From the NCBI GenBank assembly GCA_009914755.4, contig CP086569.2:11808001-11872000 (forward strand): DNA of 64,000 nt, written 5' to 3'. How positions within the stretch are numbered: the first letter of the stretch is position 1; the number at the start of each line of letters is the position of its first letter. A model generated the notes under the pieces. The model saw nothing but the letters and a program-made list of their open reading frames with translations, made no database searches and was not told the DNA's origin. Of the stretch, positions 1 to 14,200 are shown piece after piece. This DNA is from the human T2T-CHM13v2.0 reference genome, Homo sapiens. A program made the translations under genes and the position numbers.

Positions 1-2395
1 GTATGGAATGGACTGCCATAGAACGGACTGCAGTGTAATGGATTGAATTCTAATTCATTCAAATGGAATGGAATTGAATGGAATGGAATCCAATGGAATG
101 GATAGGATTGTACTGGAATGGAATAGCATGGAATGCAACGGAGTGGAATGGAGTTGAATGAAGTGGAATGGAATCGATTGGAATGGAATCAAATGGAATG
201 GACGGGAATGGAATGGACTGGAAGAGAACAGACTCGAATTTAATAGATTGCAATGTAATTGATTCAAAGGGAATGGAATCGAATGGAATGTAATAAAATT
301 GAAGGGATTTGAGTTCAATGCAATGGAATAGAATGGAATGCAAAGGAAAGGAAAGGTACGGAGTGAAATCGAGTGTAATGGAATCGAATGGAATGAAATG
401 GAATGGAATGGACTCAAAAGAAATGGACGAGGGACAAAACGGAATCGAACTGATTGGAATCGAACGGAACGGAATGGAATGGAATGGTCTCCATTGGATC
501 GGAGTAGAACGGACTGGAATGGAATGGAATGAAATGGAATGGAAAGGAATAGAATGGAATGGAATGGAATGGAATGGAATGGAAGGTAATGGAAAGATAT
601 CGAACGGATTGGAAAGGAATGGAATGGACCCTAATGGAATGGAATGGAATTCAACAGAAACGAATGGAATGGACTGGAGTGAAATGGAGTCGAATGTAAT
701 TGACTGGAGTGGAATGGACTCGAAAGGAATGGACTCGAATAGAATGGACTGGAATGGATTGTACTCAAATGGAGTGGAAAGGAATAAAATGGATTGCACC
801 AGATTGGAATGGAACAGAATGTAATGGAATGGAATGGAATGCAATGGAATGGCTCCAATGGAATGGAGTCGAATGCAATGGAACAGAAAGGAAAGGAATT
901 GAATGGAATTGAAAGTAATAGAACAAAATGGAGTGCAAAGGAAAGATATTGAATGGAATGAATCGAAAAGAAATCGAATGGAATGGACAAGAATGGAATG
1001 GAATAGAATGGAATAGACTGGCGTGCAATGAAAACGAATGGAACGGAAACGAATGGAATGCAATGGAAAGGAATGGAGTAGAATAAATACTATGGAATGG
1101 AATGGAGGCGAAAGGAAAAGAATGGATTGGAATGTCACCGAATGGAAAGATATGGAATGGAAAGGAATGGATACGAATGGAATGGAATAGAAAGGAACGG
1201 AAAGGTAAAGAATGGAATGGAATCGGATAGAATGGAATGCAATGTAATGGAGTCGAATGGAAAATAATCGTGTAGAATGATATCGAATGGAATGGAATGG
1301 AATGGAATGGACTCGAATGGAATGTACTCAAATGGATTAGAATAGAATGGAATGGAACTAAACGTAATGAACTCGAATGGAATGGACACAAATAGAATGG
1401 AAGAGAAGGGAATGGTATTGAATGGAATTTATTCGAAAAGAGTGGAATTCAATGGAATGCAGCAGTGTGGCATGGAATCAAATGGAATGGAATCGAATGG
1501 AATGGACCCGAGTGGAATGGACTCACATAGAACAGCCTCGAATGTAATGGATGACAATGTATTAGATTCGAAAGGACTGAAATCGAATGGAATGTAATCA
1601 AGTAGAACGGAATTGAATGCATGGAATGGCATAGAAAGTAACGCAATGGAATGGAATAGACTGGAATGGAATGGAATCGGATGGAATGTAATGAAATGTA
1701 ATGGAAGGAATGCCATGGAATGGAATGGAATGGAAGGCAATGGGACGGTGTATAATGGAGTGCAATGGATTTCAGTGGAATGTAGTCAAAAGGAAAGAAA
1801 TAGAATGGAATTCAATATAATGGAATGGCATCCAATGGCAAGGAATGGAGCGGACTCCAATGGAAACGACATGAAAGGAATATAATAAAATGGAATGGCA
1901 TTGAACGAAATGGAATGCAATGGAGTTAAAAGGTAAAATATCGAATGGAAAAGAATTGAATGGACTCGAAAGGAATATAATGGAATGGAATGGACTCGAA
2001 TGGAATGTACTAGAGTTGAATGGAATCGAATGGAATGGAAAACAATGGAAAGGAAAGGAAGGGAATTGAAAGGAAAGGAATAGAATGGAATGGAATCGGA
2101 TGGAACGGAATTGAATGGAATGGAAACTAAAGGAATAGAATAGAAAGGAATCGCATTGAATGGAATGGAATAGAATGGAATCAGATGGAACAGAAAGGAA
2201 TGGAATAGAATCGAATGGAATGGCATCGAATGGATGGAATGGAATGTAATGGAATGGAATAGAAAGGAATGGAATGGACTCGAATGGAATGTACTCAAAT
2301 GGAATAGAATAGAATGGAATGGAAGTAAATATAATGGACTCGAATGGAATGCATTGGAATAAATTGGAATTGAGTGTATTGGATTCGAATGGAAA

Positions 2396-2442
2396 GGAAT
2401 GGAATGGAATGGAATGGAATGGAATGGAATGGAATGGAATGG
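2396..2442. repeat. Example of a pure (GGAAT)n core tract (9 perfect pentamers) inside the HOR. Tracts like this are the substrates for slippage and unequal exchange.
   Basis: ggaatggaatggaatggaatggaatggaatggaatggaatggaat with no substitutions. Homologous tracts vary in copy number between HOR copies. Confidence 0.85.
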
Positions 2443-2498
2443 ATTCGAATGGAATGGAATCGAATGGAATGGAACGAATTGGAATGTAATTGAATGGA

Positions 2499-2545
2499 GT
2501 CAAAAACAGTAGAAAGAAATAAAGTTTCATCGAAAGATATCGAAT
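2499..2545. other. Conserved non-pentameric island (gtcaaaaacagtagaaagaaataaagtttcatcgaaagatatcg), present once per HOR.
   Basis: The same string recurs at about 8108, 13725, 19322, 24931, 30528 and 31188 (duplicated copy), and at 36768, 42318, 47918, 53458 and 58978, with 1-3 substitutions. Confidence 0.8.
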
Positions 2546-3100
2546 GGAATTGAATGGAATGTACGCGAATGGAATGGACTGGAATGCAATGGAGTGACAT
2601 GTAACGGAATCGAAAGGAATGGAATCCAATGAAATGGAATTGAATGGAATAGAAATGAATAGAATGGAATGGAGATTAACGGAAAGATATTAAAATAATG
2701 GAATGGAATTGAGTGGACACGAATGGAATGGACTGGAATGGAAAGGACTCAAATGAAAACGAGCGCAATAGAATGGACTCGAATGGAATGGATTGGAGTG
2801 GAATGGTCTCGAATGGATTGGAAAGGAATGGAATGGAAAGGAATAGAATGGAATGTAATCAAATGGAACGAAATGGAATGGAATGGATTCGACTGGAGCA
2901 GAATTGAATGGAGTGGATTTGAATGGAATGGAATGCAATCGAATGGAATGGACACGAATCGAATAGAATGAAATGTAATGGCATAGAATGGAATGGAATG
3001 GAATGGAATGGAATGGAATGGAACGGAATTGAATGTCATGGAATGGAATGGCATGGCATGGAATGGAATGGAATGGAATGGAATGAAATGGATTGGAATG

Positions 3101-3175
3101 GGATGGGCCCAAAAGTAATAGACTCAAATAAAAGGGACTCAAAGAGAATGAAGTGGAAAGAAACGGTCTCGAATG
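3101..3175. other. Conserved diverged island containing the GGGCCC (ApaI) site. It occurs once per HOR and is a useful physical landmark.
   Basis: ggatgggcccaaaagtaatagactcaaataaaagggactcaaagagaatgaagtggaaagaaacggtctcgaatg. GGGCCC was seen once per HOR copy, for example at 3105, about 8715, about 14325 and about 31797. Confidence 0.75.
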
Positions 3176-4280
3176 TAATTTATTCGAATAGAATGATATT
3201 GAATGGAATGCAATAGTATGGAATGGTATCGAATAGAATGGAATAGAATGGAATGGAATGGAACGGAATGGAGTGCAATTGAACGGACTCAAATGAAATA
3301 AATTGCAATATAATTGATTCAAATGGAATGGAATCGAATAGAATGTAAACAAATGGAATGGAAGGCAATGCAATGGAAAGGAATCGAATGAAATGGAATA
3401 AATGGAATGGAATGGAATGGAAAGGACGCGAATATATTGGACTGTTAAGGAAAGGTGTCAAATCGAATTTATTCCAATAGAATGGAATCGAATGGAATGC
3501 AATACTATTGAATCGAATCGAATGGAATGGAATTGAATGGAATGGACAGGAATGGAATGAACTGGAAGTGAATGGACAGGAACGTAATATATTGCAATGT
3601 AATTTATTCAAATGGAATGGAATGCAATCGAATGGAATGGACTCGATTGGAATGGACTGGAGTGGAATGGATTCAAATGGAATGGCAAGGAATGGAATGG
3701 AATGGAATGGAAAGCAAAGGAATCTACTGGAATAGAATCGAACGGAACAGAAAGGAATGGAATGGAATGGAGTGGAATGGACTCGAATGGAATGTATTCG
3801 AATGTAATGGACCTAAAAAGGAATGGAATCCAATGGAATGGAATTGAATGGAATCAAAAGGAATAGAAAGGCATCGAGTGTAATTGAATGATATCGAAAG
3901 GAAGGGAATGGAATGAACTCGAATGGAATGCACTGGAATGGAATGGACTCGATCAGAACGGACTGGAGAGGAATGTACACAAATGGAATGGAAACGAATG
4001 GAATGGAATGAAATGGAATGGAATGAAATGGAATTGAAAGGAAGGGAATCAAATGGAATGGAATGGAATGGATTGGAATAGAATGGATTCAAATAAAATA
4101 GAATCGATGGGAATGGTATTGAATGAAAGGGACTTGAATGGAATGGAAAGCAATGGAAGATATTGGAATCGAATGGCATCGAATGAAATGGAATGGAACG
4201 GAATGGAACGGAACCGAATGGAATGGAATGGACTCAAATGTAATGGACACCAATGGAATCGACTGAAATATAATAGTGTC

Positions 4281-4310
4281 GAAAGGAATGGCCTCGAGCG
4301 GAATTTATTT
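4281..4310. other. Conserved island with GGCC plus the CTCGAG (XhoI) site and the haplotype-diagnostic CpG variant cgagCGg versus cgagTGg.
   Basis: Copies 1-7 read aatggcctcgagcggaatttatttg. Copies 8-11 read aatggcctcgagtggaatttatttg, for example at 44091-44110. Confidence 0.75.
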
Positions 4311-5607
4311 GAATAGAATGGAATCAAATGGAATACAATACCATTGAATGGAATCGAATGGAATGGAATCGAATGGAATGGAATCAAATGGAATGGAACG
4401 GAATTCAATATAATGGAGTAGAATGGAATGCATTGGAAAGGAGCAGAGTGGAATCAAGTGGAATGGAATCGAGTGGAATGGAATCGAGTGGAATGGAATC
4501 AATGGGAACAAAATCGAATTGAATGGACTTGAATGGAATTGACTCGAAAGGAATTGACTCGAAAGGAATGGACTGGAACAAAAAGGAATCAAATGGACAG
4601 GAATGGGATGGAATGGACACGAATGGAATGGAGTCAAATGCAAACGCATCGAATGGAATGGATTGAAATGGAATGCAATGGAATGGAACAGAAAGGAAGA
4701 GAATGGAATTGAGAGTAATGGAAAGATATCGATTGGAATGAAATGGAATGGAAAGGAATTGAATGGAAAGGAATGGAGTGGAAAGAAATGGATTGGAATG
4801 GAATGGTCTCCAATGGAATGGACTGGAGTGGAATGGAATCGAATGGAATGAAAAGAATGGAACGGAATGGAACGGAAAGGAATAGAATGTTATGGAATCC
4901 GATTGGACAGAATGGAATGGAATGGACTTTCATGAAATGGAGTCGAATAGAGTGTCATCAAAAGGAATGGAATGGAATGGAGTGGACTCAAAAGGAATGG
5001 ACTCGAAAGGAATGGAGTCGAACCAAATTGAATCAAATGGATTGGAGTCGAACAGAATGGAATGGAATGAAATGTACTCGACTGGAGTAGAGAGGAATGT
5101 AAAGGAATAGAATGGAATGTAATCAAATGGATTGCAAGTGAATGGAATCAAAAATAATAGAAAGGAATGGAGTGTAAAGGGATGATATTGAATATAATGG
5201 AATGGAATGGAATTTAATGGAATGGAGACGAAGGAATGGACAGGAATGTAATGGACTCCAATGGAATGGAATGGATCAAAATGGATTTGAACAGATTGGA
5301 ATCGAACGGAATGGAATGCAACGGCATGGAATGGACTCGAATGGAGAAGAGACAAATGGAATGGAAACGAATTCAATGGAATTGAAAAGAATAGGATGGA
5401 ATGGCGTGTAATGGTAAGATACTAAATGGAATGGAATTGAATGGAATGGAATGGACCCAAATGTAATGCACTCGAAAGGAATATACTCAAATAGAATGGA
5501 ATCGAAAGGAAAGGTCTCAAATGGAATTTATTCAATACAATGGAATCGAATGGAATGCAATAGAATGGAATGGAATCGAATGTAATGGAATCAAATAGAA
5601 TGGACCA

Positions 5608-8600
5608 GTATGGAATGGACTGCCATAGAACGGACTGCAGTGTAATGGATTGAATTCTAATTCATTCAAATGGAATGGAATTGAATGGAATGGAATCCAA
5701 TGGAATGGATAGGATTGTACTGGAATGGAATAGCATGGAATGCAACGGAGTGGAATGGAGTTGAATGAAGTGGAATGGAATCGATTGGAATGGAATCAAA
5801 TGGAATGGACGGGAATGGAATGGACTGGAAGAGAACAGACTCGAATTTAATGGATTGCAATGTAATTGATTCAAAGGGAATGGAATCGAATGGAATGTAA
5901 TAAAATTGAAGGGATTTGAGTTCAATGCAATGGAATAGAATGGAATGCAAAGGAAAGGAAAGGTACGGAGTGAAATCGAGTGTAATGGAATCGAATGGAA
6001 TGAAATGGAATGGAATGGACTCAAAAGAAATGGACGAGGGACAAAACGGAATCGAACTGATTGGAATCGAACGGAACGGAATGGAATGGAATGGTCTCCA
6101 TTGGATCGGAGTAGAACGGACTGGAATGGAATGGAATGAAATGGAATGGAAAGGAATAGAATGGAATGGAATGGAATGGAATGGAATGGAAGGTAATGGA
6201 AAGATATCGAACGGATTGGAAAGGAATGGAATGGACCCTAATGGAATGGAATGGAATTCAACAGAAACGAATGGAATGGACTGGAGTGAAATGGAGTCGA
6301 ATGTAATTGACTGGAGTGGAATGGACTCGAAAGGAATGGACTCGAATAGAATGGACTGGAATGGATTGTACTCAAATGGAGTGGAAAGGAATAAAATGGA
6401 TTGCACCAGATTGGAATGGAACAGAATGTAATGGAATGGAATGGAATGCAATGGAATGGCTCCAATGGAATGGAGTCGAATGCAATGGAACAGAAAGGAA
6501 AGGAATTGAATGGAATTGAAAGTAATAGAACAAAATGGAGTGCAAAGGAAAGATATTGAATGGAATGAATCGAAAAGAAATCGAATGGAATGGACAAGAA
6601 TGGAATGGAATAGAATGGAATAGACTGGCGTGCAATGAAAACGAATGGAATGGAAACGAATTTAATGCAATGGAAAGGAATGGAGTAGAATAAATACTAT
6701 GGAATGGAATGGAGGCGAAAGGAAAAGAATGGATTGGAATGTCACCGAATGGAAAGATATGGAATGGAAAGGAATGGATACGAATGGAATGGAATAGAAA
6801 GGAACGGAAAGGTAAAGAATGGAATGGAATCGGATAGAATGGAATGCAATGTAATGGAGTCGAATGGAAAATAATCGTGTAGAATGATATCGAATGGAAT
6901 GGAATGGAATGGAATGGACTCGAATGGAATGTACTCAAATGGATTAGAATAGAATGGAATGGAACTAAACGTAATGAACTCGAATGGAATGGACACAAAT
7001 AGAATGGAAGAGAAAGGAATGGTATTGAATGGAATTTATTCGAATAGAGTGGAATTCAATGGAATGCAACAGTGTGGCATGGAATCAAATGGAATGGAAT
7101 CGAATGGAATGGACCCGAGTGGAATGGACTCACATAGAACAGCCTCGAATGTAATGGATGACAATGTATTAGATTCGAAAGGACTGAAATCGAATGGAAT
7201 GTAATCAAGTAGAACGGAATTGAATGCATGGAATGGCATAGAAAGTAACGCAATGGAATGGAATAGACTGGAATGGAATGGAATCGGATGGAATGTAATG
7301 AAATGTAATGGAAGGAATGCCATGGAATGGAATGGAATGGAATGCAATGGGACGGTGTATAATGGAGTGCAATGGATTTCAGTGGAATGTAGTCAAAAGG
7401 AAAGAAAGAGAATGGAATTCAATATAATGGAATGGCATCCAATGGCAAGGAATGGAGCGGACTCCAATGGAAACGACATGAAAGGAATATAATAAAATGG
7501 AATGGCATTGAACGAAATGGAATGTAATGGAGTTAAAAGGTAAAATATCGAATGGAAAAGAATTGAATGGACTCGAAAGGAATATAATGGAATGGAATGG
7601 ACTCGAATGGAATGTACTAGAGTTGAATGGAATCGAATGGAATGGAAAACAATGGAAAGGAAAGGAAGGGAATTGAAAGGAAAGGAATAGAATGGAATGG
7701 AATCGGATGGAACGGAATTGAATGGAATGGAAACTAAAGGAATAGAATAGAAAGGAATCGCATTGAATGGAATGGAATAGAATGGAATCAGATGGAACAG
7801 AAAGGAATGGAATAGAATCGAATGGAATGGCATCGAATGGATGGAATGAAATGTAATGGAATGGAATAGAAAGGAATGGAATGGACTCGAATGGAATGTC
7901 CTCAAATGGAATAGAATAGAATGGAATGGAAGTAAATATAATGGACTCGAATGGAATGCATTGGAATAAATTGGAATTGAGTGTATTGGATTCGAATGGA
8001 AAGGAATGGAATGGAATGGAATGGAATGGAATGGAATGGAATGGAATGGAATGGATTCGAATGGAATGGAATCGAATGGAATGGAACGAATTGGAATGTA
8101 ATTGAATGGAGTCAAAAACAGTAGAAAGAAATAAAGTTTCATCGAAAGATATCGAATGGAATTGAATGGAATGTACGCGAATGGAATGGACTGTAATGGA
8201 ATGGAGTGACATGTAACGGAATCGAAAGGAATGGAATCCAATGAAATGGAATTGAATGGAATAGAAATGAATAGAATGGAATGGAGATTAACGGAAAGAT
8301 ATTAAAATAATGGAATGGAATTGAGTGGACACGAATGGAATGGACTGGAATGGAAAGGACTCAAATGAAAACGAGCGCATTAGAATGGACTCGAATGGAA
8401 TGGATTGGAGTGGAATGGTCTCGAATGGATTGGAAAGGAATGGAATGGAAAGGAATAGAATGGAATGTAATCAAATGGAACGAAATGGAATGGAATGGAT
8501 TCGACTGGAGCAGAATTGAATGGAGTGGATTTGAATGGAATGGAATGCAATCGAATGGAATGGACACGAATCGAATAGAATGAAATGAAATGGCATAGAA

Positions 8601-11224
8601 TGGAATGGAATGGAATGGAATGGAATGGAATGGAATGGAACGGAATTGAATGTCATGGAATGGAATGGCATGGCATGGAATGGAATGGAATGGAATGGAA
8701 TGAAATGGATTGGAATGGGATGGGCCCAAAAGTAATAGACTCAAATAAAAGGGACTCAAAGAGAATGAAGTGGAAAGAAACGGTCTCGAATGTAATTTAT
8801 TCGAATAGAATGATATTGAATGGAATGCAATAGTATGGAATGGTATCGAATAGAATGGAATAGAATGGAATGGAATGGAACGGAATGGAGTGCAATTGAA
8901 CGGACTCAAATGCAATAAATTGCAATATAATTGATTCAAATGGAATGGAATCGAATAGAATGTAAACAAATGGAATGGAAGGCAATGCAATGGAAAGGAA
9001 TCGAATGAAATGGAATAAATGGAATGGAATGGAATGGAAAGGACGCGAATATATTGGACTGTTAAGGAAAGGTGTCAAATCGAATTTATTCCAATAGAAT
9101 GGAATCGAATGGAATGCAATACTATTGAATCGAATCGAATGGAATGGAATTGAATGGAATGGACAGGAATGGAATGAACTGGAAGTGAATGGACAGGAAC
9201 GTAATATATTGCAATGTAATTTATTCAAATGGAATGGAATGCAATCGAATGGAATGGACTCGATTGGAATGGACTGGAGTGGAATGGATTCAAATGGAAT
9301 GGCAAGGAATGGAATGGAATGGAATGGAAAGCAAAGGAATCTACTGGAATAGAATCGAACGGAACAGAAAGGAATGGAATGGAATGGAGTGGAATGGACT
9401 CGAATGGAATGTATTCGAATGTAATGGACCTAAAAAGGAATGGAATCCAATGGAATGGAATTGAATGGAATCAAAAGGAATAGAAAGGCATCGAGTGTAA
9501 TTGAATGATATCGAAAGGAAGGGAATGGAATGAACTCGAATGGAATGCACTGGAATGGAATGGACTCGATCAGAACGGACTGGAGAGGAATGTACACAAA
9601 TGGAATGGAAACGAATGGAATGGAATGAAATGGAATGGAATGAAATGGAATTGAAAGGAAGGGAATCAAATGGAATGGAATGGAATGGATTGGAATAGAA
9701 TGGATTCAAATAAAATAGAATCGATGGGAATGGTATTGAATGAAAGGGACTTGAATGGAATGGAAAGCAATGGAAGATATTGGAATCGAATGGCATCGAA
9801 TGAAATGGAATGGAACGGAATGGAACGGAACCGAATGGAATGGAATGGACTCAAATGTAATGGACACCAATGGAATCGACTGAAATATAATAGTGTCGAA
9901 AGGAATGGCCTCGAGCGGAATTTATTTGAATAGAATGGAATCAAATGGAATACAATACCATTGAATGGAATCGAATGGAATGGAATCGAATGGAATGGAA
10001 TCAAATGGAATGGAACGGAATTCAATATAATGGAGTAGAATGGAATGCATTGGAAAGGAGCAGAGTGGAATCAAGTGGAATGGAATCGAGTGGAATGGAA
10101 TCGAGTGGAATGGAATCAATGGGAACAAAATCGAATTGAATGGACTTGAATGGAATTGACTCGAAAGGAATTGACTCGAAAGAAATGGACTGGAACAAAA
10201 AGGAATCAAATGGACAGGAATGGGATGGAATGGACACGAATGGAATGGAGTCAAATGCAAACGCATCGAATGGAATGGATTGAAATGGAATGCAATGGAA
10301 TGGAACAGAAAGGAAGAGAATGGAATTGAGAGTAATGGAAAGATATCGATTGGAATGAAATGGAATGGAAATGAATTGAATGGAAAGGAATGGAGTGGAA
10401 AGAAATGGATTGGAATGGAATGGTCTCCAATGGAATGGACTGGAGTGGAATGGAATCGAATGGAATGAAAAGAATGGAACGGAATGGAATGGAAAGGAAT
10501 AGAATGTTATGGAATCCGATTGGACAGAATGGAATGGAATGGAGTTTCATGAAATGGAGTCGAATAGAGTGTCATCAAAAGGAATGGAATGGAATGGAGT
10601 GGACTCAAAAGGAATGGACTCGAAAGGAATGGAGTCCAACCAAATTGAATCAAATGGATTGGAGTCGAACAGAATGGAATGGAATGAAATGTACTCGACT
10701 GGAGTAGAGAGGAATGTAAAGGAATAGAATGGAATGTAATCAAATGGATTGCAAGTGAATGGAATCAAAAATAATAGAAAGGAATGGAGTGTAAAGGGAT
10801 GATATTGAATATAATGGAATGGAATGGAATTTAATGGAATGGAGACGAAGGAATGGACAGGAATGTAATGGACTCCAATGGAATGGAATGGATCAAAATG
10901 GATTTGAACAGATTGGAATCGAACGGAATGGAATGCAACGGCATGGAATGGACTCGAATGGAGAAGAGACAAATGGAATGGAAACGAATTCAATGGAATT
11001 GAAAAGAATAGGATGGAATGGCGTGTAATGGTAAGATACTAAATGGAATGGAATTGAATGGAATGGAATGGACCCAAATGTAATGCACTCGAAAGGAATA
11101 TACTCAAATAGAACGGAATCGAAAGGAAAGGTCTCAAATGGAATTTATTCAATACAATGGAATCGAATGGAATGCAACAGAATGGAATGGAATCGAATGT
11201 AATGGAATCAAATAGAATGGACCA
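5608..11224. repeat. HOR copy 2, 5617 bp, variant B.
   Basis: The anchor recurs at 5608 and 11225. B-type markers are the 261-aa ORF at 5666..6451, MHSIPFHS at 7036..7347, QKERKRMEF at 7220..7492 and NENERIR at 8325..8519. Confidence 0.85.
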
Positions 11225-14200
11225 GTATGGAATGGACTGCCATAGAACGGACTGCAGTGTAATGGATTGAATTCTAATTCATTCAAATGGAATGGAATTG
11301 AATGGAATGGAATCCAATGGAATGGATAGGATTGTACTGGAATGGAATAGCATGGAATGCAACGGAGTGGAATGGAGTTGAATGAAGTGGAATGGAATCG
11401 ATTGGAATGGAATCAAATGGAATGGACGGGAATGGAATGGACTGGAAGAGAACAGACTCGAATTTAATAGATTGCAATGTAATTGATTCAAAGGGAATGG
11501 AATCGAATGGAATGTAATAAAATTGAAGGGATTTGAGTTCAATGCAATGGAATAGAATGGAATGCAAAGGAAAGGAAAGGTACGGAGTGAAATCGAGTGT
11601 AATGGAATCGAATGGAATGAAATGGAATGGAATGGACTCAAAAGAAATGGACGAGGGACAAAACGGAATCGAACTGATTGGAATCGAACGGAACGGAATG
11701 GAATGGAATGGTCTCCATTGGATCGGAGTAGAACGGACTGGAATGGAATGGAATGAAATGGAATGGAAAGGAATAGAATGGAATGGAATGGAATGGAATG
11801 GAATGGAAGGTAATGGAAAGATATCGAACGGATTGGAAAGGAATGGAATGGACCCTAATGGAATGGAATGGAATTCAACAGAAACGAATGGAATGGACTG
11901 GAGTGAAATGGAGTCGAATGTAATTGACTGGAGTGGAATGGACTCGAAAGGAATGGACTCGAATAGAATGGACTGGAATGGATTGTACTCAAATGGAGTG
12001 GAAAGGAATAAAATGGATTGCACCAGATTGGAATGGAACAGAATGTAATGGAATGGAATGGAATGCAATGGAATGGCTCCAATGGAATGGAGTCGAATGC
12101 AATGGAACAGAAAGGAAAGGAATTGAATGGAATTGAAAGTAATAGAACAAAATGGAGTGCAAAGGAAAGATATTGAATGGAATGAATCGAAAAGAAATCG
12201 AATGGAATGGACAAGAATGGAATGGAATAGAATGGAATAGACTGGCGTGCAATGAAAACGAATGGAACGGAAACGAATGGAATGCAATGGAAAGGAATGG
12301 AGTAGAATAAATACTATGGAATGGAATGGAGGCGAAAGGAAAAGAATGGATTGGAATGTCACCGAATGGAAAGATATGGAATGGAAAGGAATGGATACGA
12401 ATGGAATGGAATAGAAAGGAACGGAAAGGTAAAGAATGGAATGGAATCGGATAGAATGGAATGCAATGTAATGGAGTCGAATGGAAAATAATCGTGTAGA
12501 ATGATATCGAATGGAATGGAATGGAATGGAATGGACTCGAATGGAATGTACTCAAATGGATTAGAATAGAATGGAATGGAACTAAACGTAATGAACTCGA
12601 ATGGAATGGACACAAATAGAATGGAAGAGAAGGGAATGGTATTGAATGGAATTTATTCGAAAAGAGTGGAATTCAATGGAATGCAGCAGTGTGGCATGGA
12701 ATCAAATGGAATGGAATCGAATGGAATGGACCCGAGTGGAATGGACTCACATAGAACAGCCTCGAATGTAATGGATGACAATGTATTAGATTCGAAAGGA
12801 CTGAAATCGAATGGAATGTAATCAAGTAGAACGGAATTGAATGCATGGAATGGCATAGAAAGTAACGCAATGGAATGGAATAGACTGGAATGGAATGGAA
12901 TCGGATGGAATGTAATGAAATGTAATGGAAGGAATGCCATGGAATGGAATGGAATGGAAGGCAATGGGACGGTGTATAATGGAGTGCAATGGATTTCAGT
13001 GGAATGTAGTCAAAAGGAAAGAAATAGAATGGAATTCAATATAATGGAATGGCATCCAATGGCAAGGAATGGAGCGGACTCCAATGGAAACGACATGAAA
13101 GGAATATAATAAAATGGAATGGCATTGAACGAAATGGAATGCAATGGAGTTAAAAGGTAAAATATCGAATGGAAAAGAATTGAATGGACTCGAAAGGAAT
13201 ATAATGGAATGGAATGGACTCGAATGGAATGTACTAGAGTTGAATGGAATCGAATGGAATGGAAAACAATGGAAAGGAAAGGAAGGGAATTGAAAGGAAA
13301 GGAATAGAATGGAATGGAATCGGATGGAACGGAATTGAATGGAATGGAAACTAAAGGAATAGAATAGAAAGGAATCGCATTGAATGGAATGGAATAGAAT
13401 GGAATCAGATGGAACAGAAAGGAATGGAATAGAATCGAATGGAATGGCATCGAATGGATGGAATGGAATGTAATGGAATGGAATAGAAAGGAATGGAATG
13501 GACTCGAATGGAATGTACTCAAATGGAATAGAATAGAATGGAATGGAAGTAAATATAATGGACTCGAATGGAATGCATTGGAATAAATTGGAATTGAGTG
13601 TATTGGATTCGAATGGAAAGGAATGGAATGGAATGGAATGGAATGGAATGGAATGGAATGGATTCGAATGGAATGGAATCGAATGGAATGGAACGAATTG
13701 GAATGTAATTGAATGGAGTCAAAAACAGTAGAAAGAAATAAAGTTTCATCGAAAGATATCGAATGGAATTGAATGGAATGTACGCGAATGGAATGGACTG
13801 GAATGCAATGGAGTGACATGTAACGGAATCGAAAGGAATGGAATCCAATGAAATGGAATTGAATGGAATAGAAATGAATAGAATGGAATGGAGATTAACG
13901 GAAAGATATTAAAATAATGGAATGGAATTGAGTGGACACGAATGGAATGGACTGGAATGGAAAGGACTCAAATGAAAACGAGCGCAATAGAATGGACTCG
14001 AATGGAATGGATTGGAGTGGAATGGTCTCGAATGGATTGGAAAGGAATGGAATGGAAAGGAATAGAATGGAATGTAATCAAATGGAACGAAATGGAATGG
14101 AATGGATTCGACTGGAGCAGAATTGAATGGAGTGGATTTGAATGGAATGGAATGCAATCGAATGGAATGGACACGAATCGAATAGAATGAAATGTAATGG

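Larger units (their letters stand above)
1..5607. repeat. HOR copy 1, 5607 bp, variant A. Its phase is arbitrary and is set by the window start.
   Basis: The anchor string gtatggaatggactgccatagaacggactgcagtgtaatggattgaattctaattcattc sits at 1 and recurs at 5608. A-type markers are the 359-aa minus ORF at 59..1138, MPSIPFHS at 1429..1740 and QKERNRMEF in the ORF at 1613..1885. Confidence 0.85.

Noticed and set aside
40-60. GAATTC and GAA...TTC motifs, for example ggattgaattctaattcattc, that could be read as HSF1 heat-shock elements (nGAAnnTTCn).
   Set aside because: In a GGAAT repeat the GAA trinucleotides all lie on the same strand at 5-nt spacing. The alternating GAA/TTC inverted arrangement, with its 2-nt spacer, is not formed at the sites I checked: GAATTC has 0-nt spacing. 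I therefore do not call HSF1 sites from sequence.
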